NCBI GenBank assembly: GCA_029240075.1
Contig: JARBTQ010000002.1
Span: 75,218 to 139,217, forward strand
DNA: 64,000 nucleotides
Direction: 5' to 3'
Source: Chlamydiales bacterium
GTDB lineage: Bacteria; Chlamydiota; Chlamydiia; Chlamydiales; JARBTQ01
The notes beneath the pieces are model-generated. The model was not told the origin of the DNA and searched no databases. It worked only from the letters and a program-made list of their open reading frames with translations. How positions within the stretch are numbered: the first letter of the stretch is position 1; each line of letters starts with the position of its first letter. Shown here one piece after another: positions 10,182 to 19,208 of the stretch. The translations under genes were made by a program, and so were the position numbers.

Positions 10182-11549
10182 ATGACAACTATAAATAAAA
10201 ATTTTTCTATAGGGTTATTTGTATTAACAGCGCTTAGCATTGCGGTAGCTGCTCTATTATTTATACGTCCTTCAGCTGGAGATGGTAAAGAAACTTTGAA
10301 AGTTCGTTTTACATCTATCGATAAAGTAAGTGTAGGCACTCGTGTTGCTTTTGCGGGGAAACCTGTTGGAGACGTCACTGCTATCCATACAGTCGAAAAT
10401 GCACGGCAACAGAAAGCTGATGCTACAGGGCGTCTATTTGTTTATGAACTAGTTTTAAGACTTGATTCTCGTGTACAAGTATATCCTTCAGATGAGATTA
10501 GTCTACAAACAGCTGGTTTTTTTGGAGAAAAGGTAATAGCAATTACTCCCAGAAAGCCATTATTAAATCAACCTACAGGCGAGCCTTTCAAATCTGGTGA
10601 TGTGATCTATGCAAGTTCGAATGAGGTGATCAATGAAGCGCTAGAGCAGATTATGACTGTTACAGATCGAATTAGTACTACTTTTGAGAATTTGTCTGAT
10701 TTGATTAAAGATAATAGTGATGAGTTTGCATCGACAATTAAGGGCGCTAAGTCCTCATTTACCCAGTTACAACAAGCCTTAGAAAGAGGAAACCAACTAG
10801 ACCTCGTGGGATCGCTGCACCAAGCAAGTCAACAATTTGGTACTGTAATGGAAACTTTAGGTAAGCAGATGCATGAAGCTGAAGAACTCAAGCTCATTGA
10901 AACTTTAGCTAAAACAACTGAAAACTTGAGCCAAATTACAACTGCTTTTAATCAGCCAGAACGCCTTGAAGCTATTGTTACTAATATTGAAACTTTGTCC
11001 CTGGGATTAGGAAGGTTGCAAAGTCAATTGGAAAAGAGTTGGCCTGCATTGGATACTTCCTTAACTAACTTAGCTGTGACTATGGATAATGCCAAAGTAG
11101 CTTCTGAAAATGTCAAAAAAATAGTGGATGAAGTGGCAGAAGGCAAAGGTAATGTAGGGAAATTCTTAAAACAAGATGATCTATATTTACAAGTTGAAGC
11201 CGTTTTAACAAAAGTAGAAACTTTGATGAACGATTTGAATCAATATGGTCTTTTATTCCATAATAATAGAACTTGGCAAAAGCAGCGTTCTCAGCGTATG
11301 GTTGAGATGTCTAAAATCAAAACATCAGAGCAGATGGTCTCCTTTTTTGAACAAGAGATAGACCAAATTTCAACAGCCCTTTCTCGTATGAGTAAAATGG
11401 CTAAAATTGCTGAAAGTCAGACTAAAGGGGTTAATGTTGAGGAACAGCAGCAATTTAATAAAGCGTTTCGTGAGATATTTAATAAGCTAGAACATGTGCA
11501 GGATATGATCAAACTTTATAACGAAAATGCTTACGGGAAGGCTAAATAA
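10182..11549 (+). CDS. MCE-domain (MlaD-like) protein with a long C-terminal helical extension
   Basis: N-terminal TM anchor (FSIGLFVLTALSIAVAALLFI). One MCE domain (LKVRFTSIDKVSVGTRVAFAGKPVGDVTAI...). Then about 320 aa of heptad-like, low-complexity helical sequence. Confidence 0.8.
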   Translation: MTTINKNFSIGLFVLTALSIAVAALLFIRPSAGDGKETLKVRFTSIDKVSVGTRVAFAGKPVGDVTAIHTVENARQQKADATGRLFVYELVLRLDSRVQVYPSDEISLQTAGFFGEKVIAITPRKPLLNQPTGEPFKSGDVIYASSNEVINEALEQIMTVTDRISTTFENLSDLIKDNSDEFASTIKGAKSSFTQLQQALERGNQLDLVGSLHQASQQFGTVMETLGKQMHEAEELKLIETLAKTTENLSQITTAFNQPERLEAIVTNIETLSLGLGRLQSQLEKSWPALDTSLTNLAVTMDNAKVASENVKKIVDEVAEGKGNVGKFLKQDDLYLQVEAVLTKVETLMNDLNQYGLLFHNNRTWQKQRSQRMVEMSKIKTSEQMVSFFEQEIDQISTALSRMSKMAKIAESQTKGVNVEEQQQFNKAFREIFNKLEHVQDMIKLYNENAYGKAK

Positions 11550-11610
11550 ACTAGTTATGTAGCTCAAGAGCCACTAAAACAAGAACTCTTAAATAAAAAA
11601 GCTCGAAGAA

Positions 11611-11646
11611 ATAAAAAACCCACACTTATCCTGTGTGGGTAAAAAA
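11611..11646 (-). terminator. Rho-independent terminator immediately 3' of tRNA-Leu (minus strand)
   Basis: Stem acccacac/gtgtgggt with a 7-nt loop. On the minus strand it is followed by a T-run (plus-strand aaaaaa at 11613-11618). Confidence 0.7.
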
Positions 11647-11730
11647 TGCGGCCAAGATGACTCGAACATCCACCGAGTTTCCTCGACTAGAACCTGAATC
11701 TAGCGCGTCTACCAATTCCGCCATGGCCGC
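11647..11730 (-). tRNA. tRNA-Leu (anticodon CAG), type II with long variable arm
   Basis: The reverse complement folds as a cloverleaf: acceptor GCGGCCA/TGGCCGC, anticodon stem CTAGA/TCTAG with loop TTCAGGT, long variable arm, T-arm GGATG-TTCGAGT-CATCT. CCA is not encoded. Confidence 0.95.
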
Positions 11731-12031
11731 AAAGCTAGGCAATGAATAAAATCTAACAATAAGTTACGCAAATTCCTGATTTTTAATCAATAGATCTGTT
11801 GAAGAACCTAGTTGCAAGCATCTATTTGTCTATCCAATAAAGTGTTTATGCATAAAATTTTATCTACTCCTTCATAATAAGTTATAATGATGAAAAACTG
11901 TTTTAGCTTGTTTAGAACCAAATTTATTTAGAGTAGTAAGAGGTCTAGGTGTAACTATCAGAAACTTTAAAAGCTCTGGTAATTTAAGGTGGAAATAAGA
12001 AGTGTAAAAGGAAAATAGTGCGTTGTAGCAC

Positions 12032-12841
12032 CTATGACTCCTTATCCTTACCAAAATTATGGCGAGAATCAATCTGTTTTTTCAGTATATAGGCAATGAG
12101 TCGACGGGGTAAAAAATTGTTTGCTAATCGAATAGCCCAGCGAGTACGCCAATCGAAAATATAGAGAGGAATTTTTTCCTCAATCTGCTTCCAGATTTTA
12201 ACCGCAGCAAGTTGAGGAGACATTGTATAAAATTCCTCTTTTTGAGGAAAACCGCGAGAAGAACGCTCTCGAAATTTCGTAGCTACTTGCCCTGGACATG
12301 CTGTTAGTACACGAATGTTATATGGCTGTAGCTCCGTATCTATAGAAAGGGAAAATTGATTCAAAAAAGCTTTGCTAGCTGAGTAAGTTGCAAAGCTAGG
12401 AAATGGTAGAAATGCTGCTGCGGAAGAGACATTTAAAATAATTCCTGATAAGTGTTGTTTTTTTAGCGTTTCTGCAGCAACTAAAGTGAGTTCTAATACC
12501 GCTTTAACATTTACATCCAAAAGTTCAGAGTGAGTTTCTAGAGAGTGTAGGATAGCGTCTCCATATAGACCACATCCAGCGTTATTGATCACGAGGTTAG
12601 GGGACTGAGTTCTAATTAGTTGTTGTAATGCTATTCGATCCTCTCTTTTTCCTAAATCAAAGCTATAAATCTGAGAAGAGACCCCTAAAGGATTTAGTTC
12701 AGCCTGTAATTGGTCTAGTCTGTTGCGGTCACGACCTGTTAAAAGCAAATCAATTCCTTTAGAGGCTAATAGCTTAGCCAGTTCATAGCCAATACCTGAA
12801 GAGGCTCCTGTGATCAAAGCTTTTTTAAACTGTTTTGTCAT
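12032..12841 (-). CDS. Short-chain dehydrogenase/reductase (SDR) family oxidoreductase
   Basis: TGASSGIGYELA (TGxxxGxG) and YSASKAF (YxxxK) motifs. 269 aa. Confidence 0.85.
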   Translation of the reverse strand: MTKQFKKALITGASSGIGYELAKLLASKGIDLLLTGRDRNRLDQLQAELNPLGVSSQIYSFDLGKREDRIALQQLIRTQSPNLVINNAGCGLYGDAILHSLETHSELLDVNVKAVLELTLVAAETLKKQHLSGIILNVSSAAAFLPFPSFATYSASKAFLNQFSLSIDTELQPYNIRVLTACPGQVATKFRERSSRGFPQKEEFYTMSPQLAAVKIWKQIEEKIPLYIFDWRTRWAIRLANNFLPRRLIAYILKKQIDSRHNFGKDKES

Positions 12842-12842
12842 A

Positions 12843-13325
12843 TTAAACTTCAGCTAGTTCTACGTAAGAAGCGGTCCAATAGTTTTTTAGAATTTCAAGT
12901 TGTTCAATTGTCAAGGGGTAGCGATGAAGTTCTTGTTCTTTAATCCAATTAGCATCTCTGTAGTGCTGGGAATTAAGTTTTATGGAATCAGCTGCATCTA
13001 CTATTACAGGGATAACTACTAGCTGGGTTTGTGGACCCTTTGCAGATGTGTGAATGCTAGAATAGATGCAAGGATCTATTCGGGATACTTCTAAGCCAGT
13101 CATTGACTTGACAATATAAGGAAATAATTCTTCACAAGTATCGCGAGCTTCTAAATGAATGGAAAGAAGGTCGTAAGGGCAAGCTAAATTAGGAGTATAA
13201 GCTGGTTGCATGAGGAGGATTTGTTCTTGATAACAAATACAAAGCTTTGCTAAAAAGCGTGAGATCCCTTTTTCCCAACCATTCTTAAATAGCTTTTGTA
13301 TATTAAGTGTTGTGTGTTGTTCCAT
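12843..13325 (-). CDS. Hypothetical protein, 160 aa (weak Nudix-like resemblance only)
   Basis: ORF packed tightly between the MVD-like and SDR genes (1-nt and 22-nt gaps). The segment EARDTCEELFPYIVKSMTGLEV is only loosely Nudix-box-like. Confidence 0.55.
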   Translation of the reverse strand: MEQHTTLNIQKLFKNGWEKGISRFLAKLCICYQEQILLMQPAYTPNLACPYDLLSIHLEARDTCEELFPYIVKSMTGLEVSRIDPCIYSSIHTSAKGPQTQLVVIPVIVDAADSIKLNSQHYRDANWIKEQELHRYPLTIEQLEILKNYWTASYVELAEV

Positions 13326-13347
13326 CTGGTCCTCTCCTTTATCTAAG

Positions 13348-14385
13348 TTAATGGGAGTTAAAAGGTATGAAAATTTCTGCCTTTGGAAATGTTTTTTTGA
13401 CCTTTTCTAAATCTTTTTCTAAAAATAAAATTTTTAAATCGGCGCTCTGATCCATAGTGAAATAAAGAGGGATACCAGAATTTCGTATTCGCCATATTTC
13501 ATGGATGCATTCAATCGTCTGGGGTGAGCAGTACAAGAGAGTTGGGATTGATGATAGAGCGAGTGCTTGTAAAGTTAGACCATTATTCTCACTTACTTGT
13601 CCTACTCTCTCAAACTGTTTAAAATTGAGAGCTTCTTTAAACTCTATTACATCTCTTATAGCTGCGGCTTCCCACGCAGTGTACAGTGAGGAGGTTTCTT
13701 GTATTAGTTGCGCTTCTTTTATATATTGCTGTGAACGCTTTGCTTTTTCTGTGCTTAAGGGTAAATGCCCTACTAAAAGTTCATCCCACCAGATTGATAA
13801 GGGACTAGCGTAGCTATCCCAACCATTAGGGGAAACTCCTTTATCCCATTCTACAAATCCTGAGTAAAGAGAAATACAAGCCTCTCCTGCCAAAATTCGG
13901 GTTAAAATACAAAGTTGTGTTCTATCAAGCTTCCAGTCGAAAAAATCGCGCAAGGCCAATAAAAGCGCTGCAATTTTAGATCCTAGGGGATTAGAAGTTA
14001 GCCTTTCTAAATCTGAAATCGTATCGTTAATTATAATAGTAAAGTAAAAGTCGGGATAAGGACGTACCAGATCTAAAATCTGTTTGAAAAATTCAATTTC
14101 AGGAGCTGCTGAAATTCCTAACTTTTCGTTGAGTCTAATACTATCATGGTTATAGCCTAATTGGACGCAAACATTGGAGCCAAAAGGAAGAGATAAGCTG
14201 ATGCTAGGGGCTATTGGTAAATTAAGTTCTTTGTTTCTTAGCCCCCAAGCCTTACAAAGATGAAGATGTGCTGGTGCAAAAGCATGAGCTTCCTCTAGGC
14301 GAGGATGAAATCGCTGTGGAAGTAATTTTTGAATCATTTGCTGTTTGATCAATTTCATCCCATTTTTCATATCATTTATTACCAA
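13348..14385 (-). CDS. Diphosphomevalonate-decarboxylase-like GHMP-family protein with degenerate motifs
   Basis: APAHLHLCKAWGLRNKELNLPIAPSISLSL matches the MVD N-terminal pattern (NIA.IKYWGKRD..LNLP.NSS.S.TL). TRILAGEACISLYSGFVEW matches ARKGSGSACRSLFGGYVAW. YFTMDQSADLKILF matches AYTFDAGPNAV. The glycine/serine-rich ATP motif is poorly conserved. Confidence 0.6.
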   Translation of the reverse strand: MVINDMKNGMKLIKQQMIQKLLPQRFHPRLEEAHAFAPAHLHLCKAWGLRNKELNLPIAPSISLSLPFGSNVCVQLGYNHDSIRLNEKLGISAAPEIEFFKQILDLVRPYPDFYFTIIINDTISDLERLTSNPLGSKIAALLLALRDFFDWKLDRTQLCILTRILAGEACISLYSGFVEWDKGVSPNGWDSYASPLSIWWDELLVGHLPLSTEKAKRSQQYIKEAQLIQETSSLYTAWEAAAIRDVIEFKEALNFKQFERVGQVSENNGLTLQALALSSIPTLLYCSPQTIECIHEIWRIRNSGIPLYFTMDQSADLKILFLEKDLEKVKKTFPKAEIFIPFNSH

Positions 14386-15490
14386 GAATGAGTAAATCTT
14401 TACTTCGACGAGTTAAAATTTCGTAACTTTGATCTGTAACTACTATAGTATCTTCTATACGCACTCCTCCAATATCAGGCAAATAAATACCGGGTTCAAT
14501 TGTAATCACCATACCCGAGTGCAATTCTAAGTCTTTGTCTGTAGATAATTGACTGACTTTAGGAGATTCATGGATCTCTAATCCTAAACCGTGACCTAAG
14601 CTATGATTAAAGAAATCTTTATATCCAGCCTCGCCAATCATTTGTCTTGCGGCTTCGTCCAATTGTCCTAGCTTGATTCCTGGTTTGCAAAGATCTAAAG
14701 CTACTTGTTGTGCTTGTTTCACAATAGAATAAATCTCTTTAATTTTAGGATGGGGGTCTCCCCAAAATACAACGCGTGTCATATCAGAATGGTATTGGTT
14801 TAGCACCACACCGATATCAATTAGAACTGTATCTCCCTCCGTTAATTTTTTTTCCCCAGAGCGGTAATGGGGCATGGAGCTATTTTTACCAAATGCAATG
14901 ATTGGTTCAAAAGCTAAACGCTCACCCTGGTGTCTTTTCCAAAAAATTTCTAATTCAGTAGCTAATTCTTTTTCAGAGATTCCAGTTTTTAAATTCTTAC
15001 AGATAAAATCAAACCCTTGGGCTCCTAATTCTGCAGCTTGTTTGAGGTATTCAATTTCTATGCTATCTTTACTAGAACGCAGAAATTCAATGATTCCTTC
15101 AGTTGGAATAAGTACCCAAGTTATTGTATGTTTAGTTTCTGTTCCTATCTCTCCTGTCCTTTTAGTCCATCGTAAATAATCGCTGTAAGTAATACGATTA
15201 CTGTCGATTCCCAAAGATTTGACACGGTCAGACGACTGTTCTGTCAGATATTTTTTGATTTTTTGATCAGATGTTAATTCTACACGAATAGGGGCTTGTT
15301 TAATACATGTCTCAATATAACGGCCATCCACAAAAAGTTGAGCATCGGTTTGTGTAATGATAAGAGTGCCGGCACTTAGATTTAGATTTAAAAAGTAGAA
15401 CAGATTGATTGAGTCCTCAATAACGAAACTATCAAGTTCTCTCTCTTTAAGAATTATTTGTAATCGATTAATACGATTAAGAGAATTCAT
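14372..15490 (-). CDS. pepP: Xaa-Pro aminopeptidase (M24B family)
   Basis: 372 aa. HSLGHGLGLEIHE and GGVRIEDT metal-ligand motifs. Creatinase-like N-terminal domain. Confidence 0.85.
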   Translation of the reverse strand: MNSLNRINRLQIILKERELDSFVIEDSINLFYFLNLNLSAGTLIITQTDAQLFVDGRYIETCIKQAPIRVELTSDQKIKKYLTEQSSDRVKSLGIDSNRITYSDYLRWTKRTGEIGTETKHTITWVLIPTEGIIEFLRSSKDSIEIEYLKQAAELGAQGFDFICKNLKTGISEKELATELEIFWKRHQGERLAFEPIIAFGKNSSMPHYRSGEKKLTEGDTVLIDIGVVLNQYHSDMTRVVFWGDPHPKIKEIYSIVKQAQQVALDLCKPGIKLGQLDEAARQMIGEAGYKDFFNHSLGHGLGLEIHESPKVSQLSTDKDLELHSGMVITIEPGIYLPDIGGVRIEDTIVVTDQSYEILTRRSKDLLILGNK

Positions 15491-15838
15491 GGTAATCCTT
15501 TTTATTGGAGTGAGTTTGTTTTATACAAATAACTTTAAATAGTAGTTGAAGTTATTGTTTTTATTTTAAAAGCAGCGAATTAAGTTTTGTTTTGTTTCAT
15601 GTTTTAATTTTGTTTTTTTTGTTGTATCTTTCATAGCTCAGTTTAAGTAATAATTGAGTTTACCTAGAAGCGATTAAGATACAATAATATTTCATTGATT
15701 TGTTGTTGAGCTCTATTTGCAACAAAATATCTATTATGGACTCTAAGCAAAATTCTAGAAGAATCGATTTCCATTTAAGATTGCCTTTTTTATTTATTGA
15801 TGATATGTTAAATTCAAAAAGTAAAGGAGAAAAAATTA

Positions 15839-17545
15839 ATGCCGCAAAACCATGCTTACAGTTGGGATGACAACAATGTCCTTGATGATGTTGAGTTTGC
15901 ATCTCAAGATGCCGAAATCTTCCGTAACCTTTTAGGTTCTTCAGAAGGGGAAGGGGAAGAGGGCTCACTCTCTCTCGCTGCTTCAGGGCGAGTTTTAAAA
16001 GGGACTATTATTGATGTTTTAAAAGACTTCGCAGTCATTGATGTTGGTCTTAAGTCAGAAGGTCTAGTTTCTGTATCTGAATTCACAGATCCAACAGAGC
16101 TCGTTGTAGGGAATCAGATCGATGTATTCTTAGAAAATGCTGAAGATGCTAATGGTCAAATCGTTCTTTCTAAAGAGAAAGCAGATCGTCAGAAGCAATG
16201 GGAATTCATCATCAACAACTGTGTTGAGGGATCTATTGTTACCGGTAAGGTCCTACGCAAAGTTAAGGGTGGACTCATGGTGGATGTGGGCGTCGAAGCT
16301 TTCCTACCAGGATCTCAAATTGATAACAAACGTATCAAAAATATCGATGAATATCTGGGCGAAACGTTTGAATTTAAAATTATCAAGATCAACATCGATC
16401 GCAAAAATATTGTTCTTTCTCGTAGAGAGTTACTTGAAGCTGAGAGAATATCTAAGAAAACTGAGATGCTCGAAACTATCCAAACTGGAGAAGTTCGCAA
16501 AGGTATCGTAAAAAATATTACAGACTTTGGTGTGTTCTTAGATCTCAACGGTATCGATGGACTTCTGCATATCACTGATATGACATGGAAGCGTATTAAG
16601 CATCCTTCTGAAATGGTAGCTATTGGTCAAGAAATCGAAGTAGTTATTCTTAGTGTGGATAGAGACAAAGGGCGTGTAGCTTTAGGTCTTAAGCAAAAAG
16701 AAGCTAATCCATGGCAACATATTGCTGACAGATATCCTCCAGGAACTCGTGTTAAAGGTAAGATCGTTAATCTTGTACAATACGGTGCTTTCATTGAAAT
16801 TGAACCTGGTATTGAAGGATTGATTCACTCTTCTGAAATGTCTTGGGTTAAGAACGTAACTGATCCTAGCGAGATTGTAGTCAAGGGACAAGAAGTTGAA
16901 GCTATTGTCAAGGAAGTTTTAATTGAAGAGGGTAAAATCTCTTTAAGTATCAAGCAAACAGAAGCTAATCCATGGGATAAAGTGGAATCTCTCTATCCAG
17001 TAGGAAAGAAAGTGGAAGTGGAAGTTCGCAACCTTACAATTTATGGTGCGTTTGTTGAATTAGAGCCTGGAATTGATGGATTGATCCATATTTCAGATCT
17101 AAGCTGGGGTAAGAAAATTTCCCACCCATCAGAAGTTTTAAAGAAAGGCGATAAATTAGAAGCTGTTATATTGAGTATTGATAAGCCAAGCCGTAAGATT
17201 ACTTTGGGAGTTAAGCAACTAACAGAAAATCCATGGGAAAAGATTAAAGAAAAAGTACCTGTCGGATCTTATGTTAAAGGTGTTGTTACAAAGACAACAG
17301 CGTTTGGAGCTTCTGTAGAAATTGGTTATGGTATTGAAGCTGTTATTCAAGTTTCAGAGCTTTCTGATCAGCCATTTGGTAAAGTTGATGATGTGATTAC
17401 TAAGGGTAGTGAAATCCAAGCTAAAGTGATTCGTGTCGACCCAGAGCATAAAAAGATCTATATTTCTATCAAAGAGTATCTGCAAGATCATAATCAGCCT
17501 AGTCGCGATGATATTATTATCTCCTCACAAGGGGGGAATGAGTAA
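15839..17545 (+). CDS. rpsA: 30S ribosomal protein S1
   Basis: 568 aa with six S1 OB-fold repeats (e.g. G.V...T.FG.F..L..GIDGL.H.S). Sits upstream of nusA-infB as in Chlamydia. Confidence 0.95.
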   Translation: MPQNHAYSWDDNNVLDDVEFASQDAEIFRNLLGSSEGEGEEGSLSLAASGRVLKGTIIDVLKDFAVIDVGLKSEGLVSVSEFTDPTELVVGNQIDVFLENAEDANGQIVLSKEKADRQKQWEFIINNCVEGSIVTGKVLRKVKGGLMVDVGVEAFLPGSQIDNKRIKNIDEYLGETFEFKIIKINIDRKNIVLSRRELLEAERISKKTEMLETIQTGEVRKGIVKNITDFGVFLDLNGIDGLLHITDMTWKRIKHPSEMVAIGQEIEVVILSVDRDKGRVALGLKQKEANPWQHIADRYPPGTRVKGKIVNLVQYGAFIEIEPGIEGLIHSSEMSWVKNVTDPSEIVVKGQEVEAIVKEVLIEEGKISLSIKQTEANPWDKVESLYPVGKKVEVEVRNLTIYGAFVELEPGIDGLIHISDLSWGKKISHPSEVLKKGDKLEAVILSIDKPSRKITLGVKQLTENPWEKIKEKVPVGSYVKGVVTKTTAFGASVEIGYGIEAVIQVSELSDQPFGKVDDVITKGSEIQAKVIRVDPEHKKIYISIKEYLQDHNQPSRDDIIISSQGGNE

Positions 17546-17594
17546 GAAAGAGCTGCTTATCTTATGGAAATAGGATAGGAGCAACTTTCTACCC

Positions 17595-17651
17595 GATGAT
17601 GCCTTCAGTGAATGCTATTTATAGTAGTCACTGCAAGGCATCATGCTTTTT
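17595..17651 (+). terminator. Rho-independent terminator downstream of rpsA
   Basis: Long stem gatgatgccttcagtga / tcactgcaaggcatcat (one bulge) followed by gcttttt. Confidence 0.75.
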
Positions 17652-17929
17652 AGCAAAAAAATGGTGGAGAGGAATTAGAATTGTTTATAAAATTTGTAGG
17701 AGTCAACGTTAGACTACCTTGATTTTAAGCATAAACTAAGACAAAGCCCCATTCTTTAAAATTTTAAAGTAATAAAGATATCAGTCGTAGTTATTAATAT
17801 CTTAGGTCATACATAGTTAAGAGGTAGCTACTCAAATTTTTTGCAGTCTTTAAGCAAGAAACACTTCGTTAAAGTATTGAAAATTTTTTGAGTGGCTATC
17901 ATAAAGTTAATTTAAGAACTGGGCATAAA

Positions 17930-19204
17930 ATGAATAAAGAGCTTATTGCAATTTTTGAGTACTTAGAAAAGGAAAAAGGAATTAAAAAAGACGTTATTAT
18001 TAGTGCTATTGAGGAATCTCTACTCATAGCAGCTAGAAATAACTCCCCAGAAGGTAGTAATATCTCTGTTCAAATCAATCCTAAAACAGGTGACGTTGAA
18101 GTTTTTAGTGAGAAAGAGATTGTCGAAGATAAAGCACAAACTCATACCGAAATCTCTATTGAAGATGCTAGAGTAATCGACCCTGAGTGTGAAATAGGAC
18201 AATATATTGATGTTCCTATACCAGCTCAAGATTTGGGGCGTATCGCAGCGCAAAAGGCACGGCAATTCATTACTCAAAAATTACGACATGCAGAGCGCGA
18301 TGTAATTTATCAAGAATACCGCAATCGAGTTAACGAAATTGTATCGGGGACAGTAAAACGGTTTTTAAAAGGTAATGCATTAGTTATAGACCTAGGGAAA
18401 GTAGAAGCTGTGTTATCTACTAGAAATTACCCTAAAACAGAGACTTACAATGTAGGGGATCGTATTCGAGCGTTGTTACTCTGCGTGCGTGATACTGAAA
18501 ATGGTGGGGCAGAAGTCGTTTTAACTCGTTCCCATCCAGAATTTGTTAAGCAATTATTAATTCAAGAGGTTCCTGAAATAAATGATGGAATCATCTCTAT
18601 TCAAACTATTGTGAGGGAAGCCGGATACCGTACAAAGTTAACAGTTCAATCAACCGATCCTCGTATCGACCCTGTCGGTGCTTGTATAGGGATGAGGGGT
18701 AATCGTATTAAGAATGTATTGCGCGAAATCAATAATGAAAAAATAGATGTTATACATTACTACGAAGATCCTGTACAATTGCTACAAAAATCATTAGGTT
18801 CTATTGCTATCAGAAAACTTCAGATATCTCCAGATCAAAATAAAATAACGATTGTTGTAGATGATGAAGACTTTCCTGTAGTTGTAGGAAAACGCGGAGC
18901 CAATAGTCGTTTAAATAGCGAGTTGATTGGCAGAGAACTTCAGGTTTGGAAAATGAGTGAGTATACTCGCTTTATGAACGAGCAATCTGCACAATGGGCT
19001 GACTCTGATGATCCAGTACTTGATCAGAGCTTAGATCAGATCGCAGGAGTGAATCCATTAATAGTTCCTTCTGTCATTGATGCCGGATATACAACGTTGC
19101 GAGATATCTTATTAGCGCAGCCTGAAGAAATTGCAAGAAAAGCGGGCATAAGTACAGATGCCGCTGACAAGCTATTAGAAGAAATACGTAAACAAAGGAT
19201 GTAA
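17930..19204 (+). CDS. nusA: Transcription termination/antitermination factor NusA
   Basis: [19 protein letters not shown]-terminus, S1 domain, two KH domains ([14 protein letters not shown]). ATG at 17930 is preferred to the upstream TTG at 17888. Confidence 0.95.
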   Translation: MNKELIAIFEYLEKEKGIKKDVIISAIEESLLIAARNNSPEGSNISVQINPKTGDVEVFSEKEIVEDKAQTHTEISIEDARVIDPECEIGQYIDVPIPAQDLGRIAAQKARQFITQKLRHAERDVIYQEYRNRVNEIVSGTVKRFLKGNALVIDLGKVEAVLSTRNYPKTETYNVGDRIRALLLCVRDTENGGAEVVLTRSHPEFVKQLLIQEVPEINDGIISIQTIVREAGYRTKLTVQSTDPRIDPVGACIGMRGNRIKNVLREINNEKIDVIHYYEDPVQLLQKSLGSIAIRKLQISPDQNKITIVVDDEDFPVVVGKRGANSRLNSELIGRELQVWKMSEYTRFMNEQSAQWADSDDPVLDQSLDQIAGVNPLIVPSVIDAGYTTLRDILLAQPEEIARKAGISTDAADKLLEEIRKQRM

Positions 19205-19208
19205 AGCC

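Noticed and set aside
13505-15179. Antisense ORFs 13505-13813 and 14874-15179 within the MVD-like and pepP genes
   Set aside because: They are fully nested antisense to ORFs with clear family motifs, and they show no start context or recognisable features.
17888-17929. N-terminal extension of NusA from TTG 17888
   Set aside because: The ATG at 17930 yields the canonical MNKELI...[10 protein letters not shown] NusA N-terminus. The extension (MSGYHKVNLRTGHK) has no counterpart in NusA proteins that I know.
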